IMG/VR virus record: IMGVR_UViG_3300005541_000007
Location: 16,386-80,385 of that record
DNA length: 64,000 bases
From: a virus
Strand: one strand, 5' to 3'
The notes under the pieces were generated by a model. That model saw only the letters and a program-made list of their open reading frames with translations, searched no databases and was not told the DNA's origin. Shown piece by piece: positions 47,986-57,680 of this stretch. A program made the translations under genes and the position numbers. The first letter of the stretch is position 1; the number at the start of each line of letters is the position of its first letter.

Positions 47986-48480
47986 ATGAAAAAGAAAGAA
48001 ATTGAAAACACTCCATTCGATAAACCACTATTTGAAGACATTATTAACTTATGTGATTTAAAAGAAGTAGAGTTTCATCCATATTCAGCATCACCATATA
48101 TTACTGCATGTTGTCCTTTTCACGATGACCATGCCCCGAGCTTTATCATATTTCAAGAAATTCAACAATGCCATTGTAGAACATGTCATACAGCCTACAT
48201 GGATGTAATTGCTTTCTGGAAATTATTAAAGAATAGAAGTTTTGCACAAACTGTTAAAGATATTTGTAAACCAACTACGGTTGAATCTTCTTTAATTAAG
48301 AAACTAAATAAACCTAGATTAATTTATGTAGACCTAGCCTTCCTAGCCCAACGTGTAAGAAAAGTGTGGTCTACCGTAGACTTTGATAGCGGGGTTAGGG
48401 TAGTATCTGAAGTGCTAAGACTGCTACAGGAGGAAAAATATTCTCTTGTAGAAAAGTTATTAGTAAGGAGTGGAATTTAA
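47986..48480 (+). CDS. CHC2 zinc-finger protein (primase zinc-binding domain)
   Basis: CCPFHDDHAPSF...CHCRTC, DVI.F. Confidence 0.8.
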   Translation: MKKKEIENTPFDKPLFEDIINLCDLKEVEFHPYSASPYITACCPFHDDHAPSFIIFQEIQQCHCRTCHTAYMDVIAFWKLLKNRSFAQTVKDICKPTTVESSLIKKLNKPRLIYVDLAFLAQRVRKVWSTVDFDSGVRVVSEVLRLLQEEKYSLVEKLLVRSGI

Positions 48481-48679
48481 AATGTTTGGACGTAGAGAAA
48501 TTTTAGAAAATAGAAGCGAAGAACCAGAATCATCAGAAGATATGCAATATGAATTAATTTATGATGCACCAGATGAAATGTTTCATTTGTATGTATTAGG
48601 ACAAGATAGGCCGTGTTCAACGCTTAGTACAGAATATATGATTAAGTTAATTCTTAGAGATAGGGATGGATCGCTTTGA
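48470..48679 (+). CDS. Hypothetical protein
   Basis: Coupled ORF; start may be the downstream ATG. Confidence 0.45.
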   Translation: MEFKMFGRREILENRSEEPESSEDMQYELIYDAPDEMFHLYVLGQDRPCSTLSTEYMIKLILRDRDGSL

Positions 48680-48873
48680 AAGATAAACAATATATTACAG
48701 GAATTGTAACAGGTTATCAATTACAAGAAGCAAGAGAACAATTACGTGAATTAACTAACTACGGAGATTGTCCTGAAGATTGGTATATTAATGAAGAGTT
48801 TTGTGATCTATTACGTGTGAAAGCAAATAGTGATACGAAATTTAGACTAACATTAGAAGAGATTGATGAATAA
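48676..48873 (+). CDS. Hypothetical protein
   Basis: Coupled ORF. Confidence 0.45.
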   Translation: MKDKQYITGIVTGYQLQEAREQLRELTNYGDCPEDWYINEEFCDLLRVKANSDTKFRLTLEEIDE

Positions 48874-48882
48874 AATTAGACT

Positions 48883-50838
48883 ATGATTGTGGATAAAAAG
48901 TACGGAATGGGGGATTTTGAGTTAAACCCCCTTCAGGAAATGTGCTGGCCGCATAGAGAATCGGAAAATAATCTTCTGATTTGCGGAAAAACATCATCTG
49001 GTAAATCTCAATGTGCAATTATTCTTGCTACAAAGTATCTGCACAACTCGGATGAAGATGTAGTTTTATATTGTGGTTCATATAAATCATTGTGTGATGA
49101 AAAATGGGAAGACCTTACACACGAAGATCATGCATGGAGTAAATTTAAATCAACAGCAATAACAGGCGATTATTTCTACGATATGGCTAAACTAAAAGAC
49201 ATAGCAGAGGCTAGAATAATTCTCGCTACACCTGAAATGATTTTGTCAACAGCAACCAATATAAATTCCGAACGTTCTAGTTTTATTCCCCGTATAAAAT
49301 GCGTGATCTGTGACGAAATCCACGAAATTTCTAATGGTGATCGCGGTCCTAATTATGAGAACGCTATTATTGAACTTGCGCGAGAAAATCCTTCGATACA
49401 GTTTATCGCCCTCAGCGGAACGCTACCCAATTCACAAGACTTTGTTAAATGGTTTTCTGTTTTGAATGGGAAAGAAACAATATATATCGAATCGGACTAC
49501 AGGCCCGTTGAATTAACCCACAATTTCATCCCAACTAAAAAAGATAAAACTATAGCTGATACTGAACTTAATATTATTAATCAAGTAGTACAACTTCATA
49601 AACGACCAGATAAAGCAAATCAACAATTTATGAATTGTGTTTTTAAAAAGACACTTGGTACTAAGATTACTAACGCACTTGTTAAAGAAGGAATTGTTTC
49701 AGAGTTTCATAATGCTAATGCTACTAAACCACAACGTAATAAAATGGAGAAAGCATTTAAAGGCGGTGGAATACGTTCTTTAACTTCTACCTCTACTCTT
49801 TTTACAGGAGTTAATTTACCTGCCCGTAACGTCATTATTACTTGGCCTGTTGCTGGTGGAGGCGATATACCGGCATATGTTATCCAACAAGCCGCAGGGA
49901 GGGCAGGTAGACCTAAGTATGACACAGAAGGCGATGTTTATTACTTACTTCCGCACAATGATTTTGAACGACATAAAGAAAGAATCCTAAAAGGTGAAAA
50001 TATTATGTCTAATATGGGTTATAAAGATGTAATCCAATCACACTTTATTAGAGCGATCTATAAAGGTAGATTAAATTTAGTAACGGATTTTGAAAAATGG
50101 TATCAGCTAACCTTGGCTTATTTACAGTACAAATATACAGCCGTGCAATGCCATGAACTTGCTGTAGAACTTACGGAGGAATTACGTAAATGGGGATTTT
50201 TACTAAATACTGCTGATGATAATGTTTTGAAAATTTCTCATAGAGGAAGAATAGCAGCACAGCTACTATTAGAACCGAGAAGTTTCCACGCACTTATTTC
50301 TAATGCATATAAATATTTCTCATTAAATAATGCGAATGACCTTGATCTTGCCAAAATGTTTGCACAAATTCCACTCTACGAGGCCGATTACCTCAGCTTT
50401 GCCGAGAAGGGGCTTATAAATAATCTGGTGAGGGCAAACGTCCCTGACACCCACGCTAAGGCTGTACACGTCGTTTACACGCAATTAACGGGGCAAGAGC
50501 TAGATGGCTTGTTCTTTTCTACTTTATGGGAAATCAAAGACAGTACGCCTAGATACGGGCAAGGATTATTAAGGGCGCATAATGAGTGTGAGCATTGGAC
50601 TGAAAAGAACGGATTAGGAAACTCTGTAGATGCTGAAGAAAGAATTCGATTAGCAATAATTAGAGTTATGAAGGGAATGACGTGGAACCAGGCACGGCTT
50701 GCCGTTTCAAAATTTAGCAAGAGTGAAATAAAAGCATTAGGCGATGTTGGACTTCTCACGGAAGCGGATGTAAAAGCAAATCCAATGCTTGCCAAATCTG
50801 TTTTGAAACCGAAGAGAATATTGGAGTTGAATATTTAG
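48883..50838 (+). CDS. Ski2/Hel308-like SF2 helicase
   Basis: TSSGKS, TPE, DEIH, RGP.YE, LSGTLPN, DYRPVEL, GVNLPA, QAAGRAGRPKYD.EG. Confidence 0.9.
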   Translation: MIVDKKYGMGDFELNPLQEMCWPHRESENNLLICGKTSSGKSQCAIILATKYLHNSDEDVVLYCGSYKSLCDEKWEDLTHEDHAWSKFKSTAITGDYFYDMAKLKDIAEARIILATPEMILSTATNINSERSSFIPRIKCVICDEIHEISNGDRGPNYENAIIELARENPSIQFIALSGTLPNSQDFVKWFSVLNGKETIYIESDYRPVELTHNFIPTKKDKTIADTELNIINQVVQLHKRPDKANQQFMNCVFKKTLGTKITNALVKEGIVSEFHNANATKPQRNKMEKAFKGGGIRSLTSTSTLFTGVNLPARNVIITWPVAGGGDIPAYVIQQAAGRAGRPKYDTEGDVYYLLPHNDFERHKERILKGENIMSNMGYKDVIQSHFIRAIYKGRLNLVTDFEKWYQLTLAYLQYKYTAVQCHELAVELTEELRKWGFLLNTADDNVLKISHRGRIAAQLLLEPRSFHALISNAYKYFSLNNANDLDLAKMFAQIPLYEADYLSFAEKGLINNLVRANVPDTHAKAVHVVYTQLTGQELDGLFFSTLWEIKDSTPRYGQGLLRAHNECEHWTEKNGLGNSVDAEERIRLAIIRVMKGMTWNQARLAVSKFSKSEIKALGDVGLLTEADVKANPMLAKSVLKPKRILELNI

Positions 50839-51027
50839 ATGGCTAAAACTAAGAAAATTGCATACGAGAAAAGACCTACCGAAACTAAAGAACAGCGGCA
50901 ATGTTTGCGTAAGGTCAGGTATGATAGTGTAGAGGCCGCTAGATTTTTTGGTAAGGTGAACCTACAAAGAATCTATTATTGTGAGTTCTGTAAAGGTTAC
51001 CACAGCACAACAAAAGGAAAATTATAA
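50839..51027 (+). CDS. Small Zn-binding phage protein
   Basis: C..KVRY...YYCEFCKGYH.T. Confidence 0.55.
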   Translation: MAKTKKIAYEKRPTETKEQRQCLRKVRYDSVEAARFFGKVNLQRIYYCEFCKGYHSTTKGKL

Positions 51028-51028
51028 T

Positions 51029-51742
51029 ATGTCCGGTAAGTTACCCGTGGACTTGTGCAAAATCCCACTAGCAAAGGGAAATGTACTTGATTATACACAA
51101 ATTAATAGTATTGGTGTAGAAGAACGTTATCTATTTAAAATATTAGAAGTACGCGGAGATATTGCAGGAGAACGTGAAATTGACGTTAAGAAGCTTTCTG
51201 CTACTACTGATAATGCAGTACCGTTTATTTCTACACTAAAACTTAATCCTTCTTTAGAATTAAAAGCATATGTAACCAATACCGAACCCGATCCCGATAC
51301 TAAACCTTCTACTCCTGAAGAATGGAATAAACAAATTGTTTCAGAACTTGCTAAATGGCTACAAACATTTCCACACGATAATTTTAGAAAACCTTTTCCG
51401 GTATGTTTAGATTATTTAGTTAATTTAGGGTTATATCCAAAATTTGATAAAGAGGTTAAATATCAGAAAAAGAAACATACAGCGGTTTTACGTGGGATTA
51501 TTAAACGCAGTAATGGAGTTTTAGTATCTACAGCGGGTTGGATAACCTATGTTAAGGGCGTAGACGAATCTAACGCGGAAGCACATAAAATGACTAATAG
51601 AGTTATTGCTAATGCTAAGTCTCATACAATTTACATGTATCACGTAATAAAATGCATAGAAAATTTTTGCCTGTCGGGGCTGCTTTATGATTCTGATACA
51701 ATAACTATAGATTATGGGAAGAATCCTAATTATAAGGAATAA
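51029..51742 (+). CDS. Hypothetical protein (likely start MSGKLP)
   Basis: AAGGA upstream of the ATG. Confidence 0.5.
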   Translation: MSGKLPVDLCKIPLAKGNVLDYTQINSIGVEERYLFKILEVRGDIAGEREIDVKKLSATTDNAVPFISTLKLNPSLELKAYVTNTEPDPDTKPSTPEEWNKQIVSELAKWLQTFPHDNFRKPFPVCLDYLVNLGLYPKFDKEVKYQKKKHTAVLRGIIKRSNGVLVSTAGWITYVKGVDESNAEAHKMTNRVIANAKSHTIYMYHVIKCIENFCLSGLLYDSDTITIDYGKNPNYKE

Positions 51743-51745
51743 ATA

Positions 51746-51934
51746 ATGGCAAGTAAATATACAGGGTTTCATTACAGTGCTTTTTATACAAAAGATTTAG
51801 ATAAGTTTATTGAAGAACTTACAGTTATTAGAAATAAGGCAACTAAAAAAGGATATAAAAAGGTACGAGTACATGCGCTATATATGATGGGAGCATGTCT
51901 TAATTTTGAGGTTTTAAATGAAAAAGAAAGGTGA
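51746..51934 (+). CDS. Hypothetical protein
   Basis: AAGGA RBS. Confidence 0.5.
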   Translation: MASKYTGFHYSAFYTKDLDKFIEELTVIRNKATKKGYKKVRVHALYMMGACLNFEVLNEKER

Positions 51935-52136
51935 TTTTGTAAAAGTTTCTGGTTTTGAAGGAATTGTAATTAATGAAATTTTTGATTATGATTTCTTTAA
52001 TAAGGATGGATCAATACGTAAAAAGGCTATAAAGAACTATACAGGAGTTCGTTGTTCCTTTACAATGCCAGATAAGACAAAATATTGGATTGTAGTTCCA
52101 TACGAATTAATCTTAGAAAGAAAACCACGAGAATAA
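51918..52136 (+). CDS. Hypothetical protein
   Basis: GAGG RBS, coupled ORF. Confidence 0.45.
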   Translation: MKKKGDFVKVSGFEGIVINEIFDYDFFNKDGSIRKKAIKNYTGVRCSFTMPDKTKYWIVVPYELILERKPRE

Positions 52137-55093
52137 TGTCAAATAATCTTCTTAAATACCGTAAAGTTTGCCCTGTAAAGCCTATAGGCCCTATTAATGC
52201 ACCTATCGTAGTATTAACGGATCAACCTTCTAGACAAGAACATGATTCTAAAGAACTTCTTACTAATGGTGCTAAAGAAGTCTTTGATAATATTCTAGAA
52301 GAAGCAGGATTTGACTTATCTAAGATTTTTTATATTCCTTGTTGTACGGAGCAAAAACTTTATTCAGATAAACTTACTCCGCAACAATTAAAAGAAAATT
52401 TTAATGAGTATATCCTACCGATTATAAACGAATATCCTAGACAACTTATTATTTGTCTTGGTAATAATTCTATTTGTGCAACAGGAGTATCAGATAAACC
52501 AGAAAAGATTAATTCATTTAGGTCAAAGTTATTAGAAGTAGATAATATAGATGCACCTATTATCGCTACCTTACATCCTTGGTTATTAATGCGAGAACCA
52601 GATGCTAATTATTTAGATGTACTTGGTGATTTGAAGATTGGTTATAGATTCTTTAATGAAGATTTTGAAGAACAAGTTCCTATAGTAGTTGAACGATTAG
52701 AAACTTTAGATGATCTTGAAGAATTTGCTATATATATACATCAATTTAAAAATTGCTTTTTCGATATTGAAACCACTGGTTTAGACCCATACAAAGATAT
52801 TTCTGTTAGTATAGGTTTTTATTTAGGAGAACAAACAGAAAAAGGAGAATATATTGCGTATGTATGGAGTAGTCACGATAAACTAATATCTAGATATACC
52901 GATAGTGAAATTGAACAGTTTAAAGATTTATTTACTCAGATTTTTAAAATTCCTATTAATTACGTGGGCCAAAATTCGTACTCTTTCGATGATGTTATGC
53001 TGGCACATTGGTTAGATGCACCTGAATTAATTGGTAATCTTTCTACTACTGACACGATGTATCAGCGATGGGTTGTAAGTAAGAATGGTGGTAAAGGACT
53101 AAAGGAAAATGTAACTACTTATCTAGGATACTGTGATTACGATAAAACTGTTAGAGACTTAGTATCAGAAATTGCAGCACGTAGAGGTAGGGTTATGTAT
53201 AAAGATGATCCTAACAATGCTGATGATTTTAGAACTTTAGAATGGTACAACGTAAAACCAGAATTAGCATCCCTAAACAAAACGAAAGGACAAGGGTATA
53301 AATGGCCTGAAAAGCATATTCTAGATAAGAAAGCCGCTGCTTACGCGCTTATTGATTTACCTGTCCTTGAAGAATATCTTGGTTATGATTGTGTATACAC
53401 AGGACTATTATACGAAGAATATAATAAGCAAATTTTACAAGAAGAAAGTTTAATTACTAGTAATACTTGGAGACATGAGTTTGGAAAATTACTTATTAAA
53501 GCAGAAGATCGCGGGTTTATTTTAGATGAAGAATGTAATAAAGATTTCTCAGAAAAACTTAATAATGTAATTGACCAAACCGATACTAAAATTAAAGATG
53601 AAGTATTTAATCTTGATCCTGATATTACAGATTTTAATCCACAGTCAACACAACAACTTTCTAAGATATTATTCGGTAGTCCTACACTAATTCCTATTAT
53701 AGATGAAACTTCCTTGTACGACCAATTTAACGAGATTTGGAGTATACACGAAGCATTAGATTCATTTCATGAAAACTTTTATGGGGATTTTTCTTCCATC
53801 AAAGAATTAGTAGTGAACAATTCATATGCATTAGACTTTATTCAACTAAAATTAGAAGATTCGTTTGTAAGACAGTACGGTAAAGATTTAAAATACAAAG
53901 TTAAATATGTAAATAAATATTTAAAAGGACTTTACGAACCTTTGCCGGATCAAGTGTCCAAGAAAACAGGCATTGCTAGTGTGGGTTCTGCTATTTTAAC
54001 TTCTTTATATGAACGAAATCCTATCGAACTATTAAAGTATGTGATAATGAATAAGAAAGCAAGAAAACTTCTTTCTACATTTGTTGATCCATTACCTAAA
54101 TATATTAAATCAGATGGTAGAATTCATCCTCAGATAAACGTGGTAGGAACGCGCACTGGAAGAATTTCAGGACGTAACCCCAACTCATTGAACTGGAATA
54201 AGTATACTAGAGGACAATGTATTGCTGCGCCAGGATATACTTTTGTTAATTTTGATTTAGGACAAATTGAAGCAAGAATAGTAGCTGCTTTTGCTAACGA
54301 TGATAAGATGTTAGAGGCATTATATGCGGAAAACTTTCATCGTGCAACAGCCTCTATGATGTATGATATTCCTGTTAGTGAAGTAACAGAACCACAATAT
54401 AAAGCAGCTAAGATATTTAATTTCGCTATTTTATATGGTGCGTCACCGTTTAAACTTTCTGTAATGCTTGGGCGTAGCGTACAAGAAACTACAGAAGCTA
54501 GAGATATTTACTTAGATAGATTTGAAAAACTAAAACAATACATAGAAGAAGAAATTGAAAAGATTAAGAATCCTCCGCATTCGGTTTATACTATTTTTGG
54601 AACTAAGATTACACTATATAATGTGTTATCTACAGACAAAGGTATTGCAAGCCATGCGGAAAGAGTTGCAATTAATGGAAGAGTGCAAGGAAGTGCAGGA
54701 GAATTAACTTTATGGTATTGCTGCAAAATTAGAGATAGAATAGAAGAAGAGTTAAAAATTCCTTGTGGTCTAGTTAATTCAACATATGATTCGGCTACCT
54801 GGGAAATTCCAAAAGAATATGCAGATAAAGTAGCAGAAATTATTAGAGATATTATTGAAGATACTCCTGTGCCGTTTGATCCTTTGCAAGATATTAAGTT
54901 TAAATGTGATATTGATATAAGTGATTATTGGTATGGTAAACCTTCTATCGAAAAAGCGTTGGATGAAAATTTCTATACTGGTAAATCACAACTACCCTGG
55001 CACCTTATTACACTAGAAAGAGAACAACTTAGTAAAGATGAAAAAGATGAAGCAGAAGAACTTGATGTATTAGAGGAAGAAAATAGGGTATAA
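52136..55093 (+). CDS. polA: Family A DNA polymerase with N-terminal UDG-like domain and 3'-5' exonuclease (SPO1-type architecture)
   Basis: UDG-like GP..A.IVV...QP...E, IICLGN, ATLHP; ExoI FDIETTGL; GTRTGRIS; motif A DLGQIEAR; motif B AKIFNFAILYG; motif C YDS. Confidence 0.92.
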   Translation: MSNNLLKYRKVCPVKPIGPINAPIVVLTDQPSRQEHDSKELLTNGAKEVFDNILEEAGFDLSKIFYIPCCTEQKLYSDKLTPQQLKENFNEYILPIINEYPRQLIICLGNNSICATGVSDKPEKINSFRSKLLEVDNIDAPIIATLHPWLLMREPDANYLDVLGDLKIGYRFFNEDFEEQVPIVVERLETLDDLEEFAIYIHQFKNCFFDIETTGLDPYKDISVSIGFYLGEQTEKGEYIAYVWSSHDKLISRYTDSEIEQFKDLFTQIFKIPINYVGQNSYSFDDVMLAHWLDAPELIGNLSTTDTMYQRWVVSKNGGKGLKENVTTYLGYCDYDKTVRDLVSEIAARRGRVMYKDDPNNADDFRTLEWYNVKPELASLNKTKGQGYKWPEKHILDKKAAAYALIDLPVLEEYLGYDCVYTGLLYEEYNKQILQEESLITSNTWRHEFGKLLIKAEDRGFILDEECNKDFSEKLNNVIDQTDTKIKDEVFNLDPDITDFNPQSTQQLSKILFGSPTLIPIIDETSLYDQFNEIWSIHEALDSFHENFYGDFSSIKELVVNNSYALDFIQLKLEDSFVRQYGKDLKYKVKYVNKYLKGLYEPLPDQVSKKTGIASVGSAILTSLYERNPIELLKYVIMNKKARKLLSTFVDPLPKYIKSDGRIHPQINVVGTRTGRISGRNPNSLNWNKYTRGQCIAAPGYTFVNFDLGQIEARIVAAFANDDKMLEALYAENFHRATASMMYDIPVSEVTEPQYKAAKIFNFAILYGASPFKLSVMLGRSVQETTEARDIYLDRFEKLKQYIEEEIEKIKNPPHSVYTIFGTKITLYNVLSTDKGIASHAERVAINGRVQGSAGELTLWYCCKIRDRIEEELKIPCGLVNSTYDSATWEIPKEYADKVAEIIRDIIEDTPVPFDPLQDIKFKCDIDISDYWYGKPSIEKALDENFYTGKSQLPWHLITLEREQLSKDEKDEAEELDVLEEENRV

Positions 55094-55100
55094 TGCTAAA

Positions 55101-55177
55101 TCGAAGGCCCTGTTAAGAGACGGATAAAGTGTCAATCACAACACTCCTAACCTCAGACAGGGCAAGATTTTGTTCGA
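55101..55177 (+). ncRNA. Structured leader RNA upstream of groES
   Basis: GCCCTGT/ACAGGGC and AGTGT/ACACT stems just after TATAAT at 55089. Confidence 0.4.
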
Positions 55178-55261
55178 TGGTGAACTAAAAAACACAAGAG
55201 AACAATATGACTTCAGAAGAAATTAAATCACTTATCGACGCCTTGAAAGCTGAGCCATTAG

Positions 55262-55555
55262 ATGAATAACTACCGATTATTAGAAGATCAGGTTTTAGTA
55301 GAGCCCGATGATTTTAAAACTACTACCGATTCAGGAATTATTATTGTAAATCAATATCAACAAGCATTCCCGTCTAAAGGCACGGTTATAGCAACAGGCC
55401 CAGGTAAACTTTCCAAGAAGGGATTACTACTACCAATGGATGTTAAAGTGGGGGATAAAGTACACTTTGATAAGTATGGACTTAATGAAAAAGAACTTAA
55501 TGGAAAGAAAATGCTCTTTATGGATCAAAATAAAATTTTATTGGTAGTTGAATAA
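55262..55555 (+). CDS. groES: GroES co-chaperonin
   Basis: LEDQVLV, TDSGIII, GTVIATGPG, PMDVKVGDKV.F.KY. Confidence 0.92.
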   Translation: MNNYRLLEDQVLVEPDDFKTTTDSGIIIVNQYQQAFPSKGTVIATGPGKLSKKGLLLPMDVKVGDKVHFDKYGLNEKELNGKKMLFMDQNKILLVVE

Positions 55556-55596
55556 GGTATATTGAATTTACAGTAGAAATACGAAGGAATTAATTT

Positions 55597-55848
55597 ATGA
55601 ATAAAAACCCCGGCCATGTTGTCCCTAGCGATGGAGTCCCCCGTACGCTCGATGCTAACCCTAATGGGGGTAGTTCTGATTCAGGGCTTACTAATAGGAG
55701 TTCTATTTTTACCGCTGATCCTCATTTAGTGGGTGGAACTGATACCGCGCGTTATGTCTCAGTAGATGATGGTACTTCAGAACAAGTTGATTCAGATCAT
55801 CCCGGCTCCGTGCGTCCTCCAATTACTGCTAATTCTGATCCTGCGTAA
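55597..55848 (+). CDS. Disordered acidic small protein
   Basis: GAAGGA RBS; AGGTATATT promoter. Confidence 0.5.
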   Translation: MNKNPGHVVPSDGVPRTLDANPNGGSSDSGLTNRSSIFTADPHLVGGTDTARYVSVDDGTSEQVDSDHPGSVRPPITANSDPA

Positions 55849-55853
55849 GTGTA

Positions 55854-55958
55854 ATGGCAAAAAACAAAGATAAAAGAAAAGGAAGTAAAAATCCTTCAAA
55901 ACCTAAAGATTCTCCAGAGTACAAATCTCTTGGCCCCAAGAAACAGAAGAGTAAATAA
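55854..55958 (+). CDS. Lys-rich 34-aa peptide (not in the ORF track)
   Basis: MAKNKDKRKGSKNPSKPKDSPEYKSLGPKKQKSK*; fills the gap between neighbours. Confidence 0.45.
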   Translation: MAKNKDKRKGSKNPSKPKDSPEYKSLGPKKQKSK

Positions 55959-55960
55959 TT

Positions 55961-56266
55961 ATGGCAAAGAAAGCATCAGCAAACGCAAACGCAAATGGAA
56001 CTAGTTCAAATGGTGGAAGTTCAGGAAAGCCAGCAATTTATACCGCTGATGGAGAGGGCTCCAAAAATGACACAGCGAAATATCCCCAGGTGCCCGCAAA
56101 AAGTAAATCTTCAGATATTAATCTTAAAGATGATGTAGAAGCATTAAAGGCCGTTGCGGGTATTGATGGTGATGATATGGCGACGTATATCAAGCATCCA
56201 GAATATGCGGATTTAAATTCTCATTCTACGATGGATTCAAGGCGCTACGACTCAAGCCAGTTCTAA
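55961..56266 (+). CDS. Disordered small protein
   Basis: S/G/N/D-rich. Confidence 0.5.
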   Translation: MAKKASANANANGTSSNGGSSGKPAIYTADGEGSKNDTAKYPQVPAKSKSSDINLKDDVEALKAVAGIDGDDMATYIKHPEYADLNSHSTMDSRRYDSSQF

Positions 56267-56268
56267 CT

Positions 56269-56430
56269 ATGGGTTTAATCTGTTATATTTTTTCACTAAT
56301 TCTATTTCTAGCATCTGCTTTTAATTTTCAGATTTTTAAATCAGTACAACAAGTTCCCTTGGGATTATTCTTCTTAGTTTTAGGAATGTTACTCGGAAGT
56401 AGTTGGCCTAATTTTACTAGACCTTCTTAA
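56269..56430 (+). CDS. 53-aa two-TM membrane protein (not in the ORF track)
   Basis: MGLICYIFSLILFLASAF...LGLFFLVLGMLLG. Confidence 0.5.
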   Translation: MGLICYIFSLILFLASAFNFQIFKSVQQVPLGLFFLVLGMLLGSSWPNFTRPS

Positions 56431-56452
56431 TCTATTTTTCTAACTAAAATTA

Positions 56453-56481
56453 TTCCCTCTACCCGCCCTAGAGGGATTTTT
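56453..56481 (+). terminator. Rho-independent terminator
   Basis: TCCCTCTA-CCCGCCC-TAGAGGGA-TTTTT. Confidence 0.8.
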
Positions 56482-56502
56482 CGTATATAGTGCTGCTAGG
56501 GC

Positions 56503-56531
56503 TTGACAGGGGCGTACAGGTGTGGTATAGT
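56503..56531 (+). promoter_or_regulatory. Early sigma70 promoter
   Basis: TTGACA-N17-TATAGT; same GGGCTTGAC...GGTGTGGTATAGT context as 13275. Confidence 0.85.
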
Positions 56532-56538
56532 AGTAAGC

Positions 56539-56644
56539 GTGAGGGAAAGACGTGGCTTCAAAGTCAATAGGAGTGATTATCCTGTGAATGGCTCGTTTCA
56601 TACCACACTCGGAATTTAAGAAGCGTAAGAATTCCTAACCTCAC
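56539..56644 (+). ncRNA. Multi-stem structured leader/ncRNA
   Basis: GTGAGG/CCTCAC closing stem with inner GTGG/CCAC, AGGA/TCCT and GGAATT/AATTCC helices. Confidence 0.45.
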
Positions 56645-56664
56645 ACAATTTAGGAGGATATATT

Positions 56665-57084
56665 ATGAAAACAATTGAACAGTGGAATAAAGCAACCCCG
56701 CAAGAGCGTCTTGTGGAAGCAATTAAACTAATGCTACGTGGTGAATTCGCTATGATTGCGTATCAACTAAAGAATAGTGATTCAACATGTTTCTGTTTTG
56801 AAGGAGTATTTTGCGAATTGTACGCACAGTACAATAAAGAACATCCTTTAATGGTTTGGACAAATCAATTTTTTGGTCTAGCGAATAGAAGGCGAGGATC
56901 GGATAAAGTCATGCCAAAAGCGGTTCGTGAATGGTTTGGATTGCCTAAGAAAAACTATTACAATATTCATGATAAGCATTGTCATAGTTATTCAAAAGAC
57001 TGGACTAAAATCTTAAATTTAGAAGCTGAAAAGTATCAAGAAATTAGAACTGCATTAGAAATTGCTAAGTCCGCAATTACATAA
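56665..57084 (+). CDS. Hypothetical early protein
   Basis: AGGAGG RBS; FCFEGVFCEL motif. Confidence 0.55.
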   Translation: MKTIEQWNKATPQERLVEAIKLMLRGEFAMIAYQLKNSDSTCFCFEGVFCELYAQYNKEHPLMVWTNQFFGLANRRRGSDKVMPKAVREWFGLPKKNYYNIHDKHCHSYSKDWTKILNLEAEKYQEIRTALEIAKSAIT

Positions 57085-57102
57085 TTTTAAGGAGAATATT
57101 TA

Positions 57103-57393
57103 ATGACTATTTGGAAATATAAAGTTCCTATTCAGGATGAATTTAGTATTGAATTGTACGAAGGATATAAAATCCTATCAGTTCAAACACAAGGAGCAGA
57201 TCAACAATTTGGAGGACAAACAGAAGGAGTTTATATTTGGGTATTACTTGATCCTAATGCTAATCCTGTAACAGTTGAATTTAGTTTGTACGGTACAGGA
57301 CATAGAATTGAAATGTTAAATGAACAAGAATTTATTGGTACATTTCAAATGCTAGATGGACGATTAGTATATCATTTGTTTAAATGCTTATGA
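57103..57393 (+). CDS. Conserved phage protein (DUF7352-like)
   Basis: TIWKY...ILSVQ.Q...IWVL...GTGH...FIGTFQ...LVYHLF. Confidence 0.6.
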   Translation: MTIWKYKVPIQDEFSIELYEGYKILSVQTQGADQQFGGQTEGVYIWVLLDPNANPVTVEFSLYGTGHRIEMLNEQEFIGTFQMLDGRLVYHLFKCL

Positions 57394-57680
57394 AACCACT
57401 ACAAGAATTAATTAATAATTACGTTTTAAAAAATTTAAAACTTGAAGATAATAAAACAAAGAAAAAATTTGAAAAGGCGGTAACTTTTGAAGTAAATTTC
57501 GACTATGAAGAGGGAGCGCAATATAGCGAATATACTCGTGATAGTGGGTATGCTTATCTATCAGCGAGTGGATATGATGCAGAAAATACGTATTTAGGAG
57601 ATTTTAAAATAGATAATATTATGTATAGATCATTACAAAATTTTCTAAAAGAATTATTTGAACTAGAAGATGAAAATTAA
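57384..57680 (+). CDS. Hypothetical protein
   Basis: Coupled ORF. Confidence 0.5.
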   Translation: MLMKPLQELINNYVLKNLKLEDNKTKKKFEKAVTFEVNFDYEEGAQYSEYTRDSGYAYLSASGYDAENTYLGDFKIDNIMYRSLQNFLKELFELEDEN

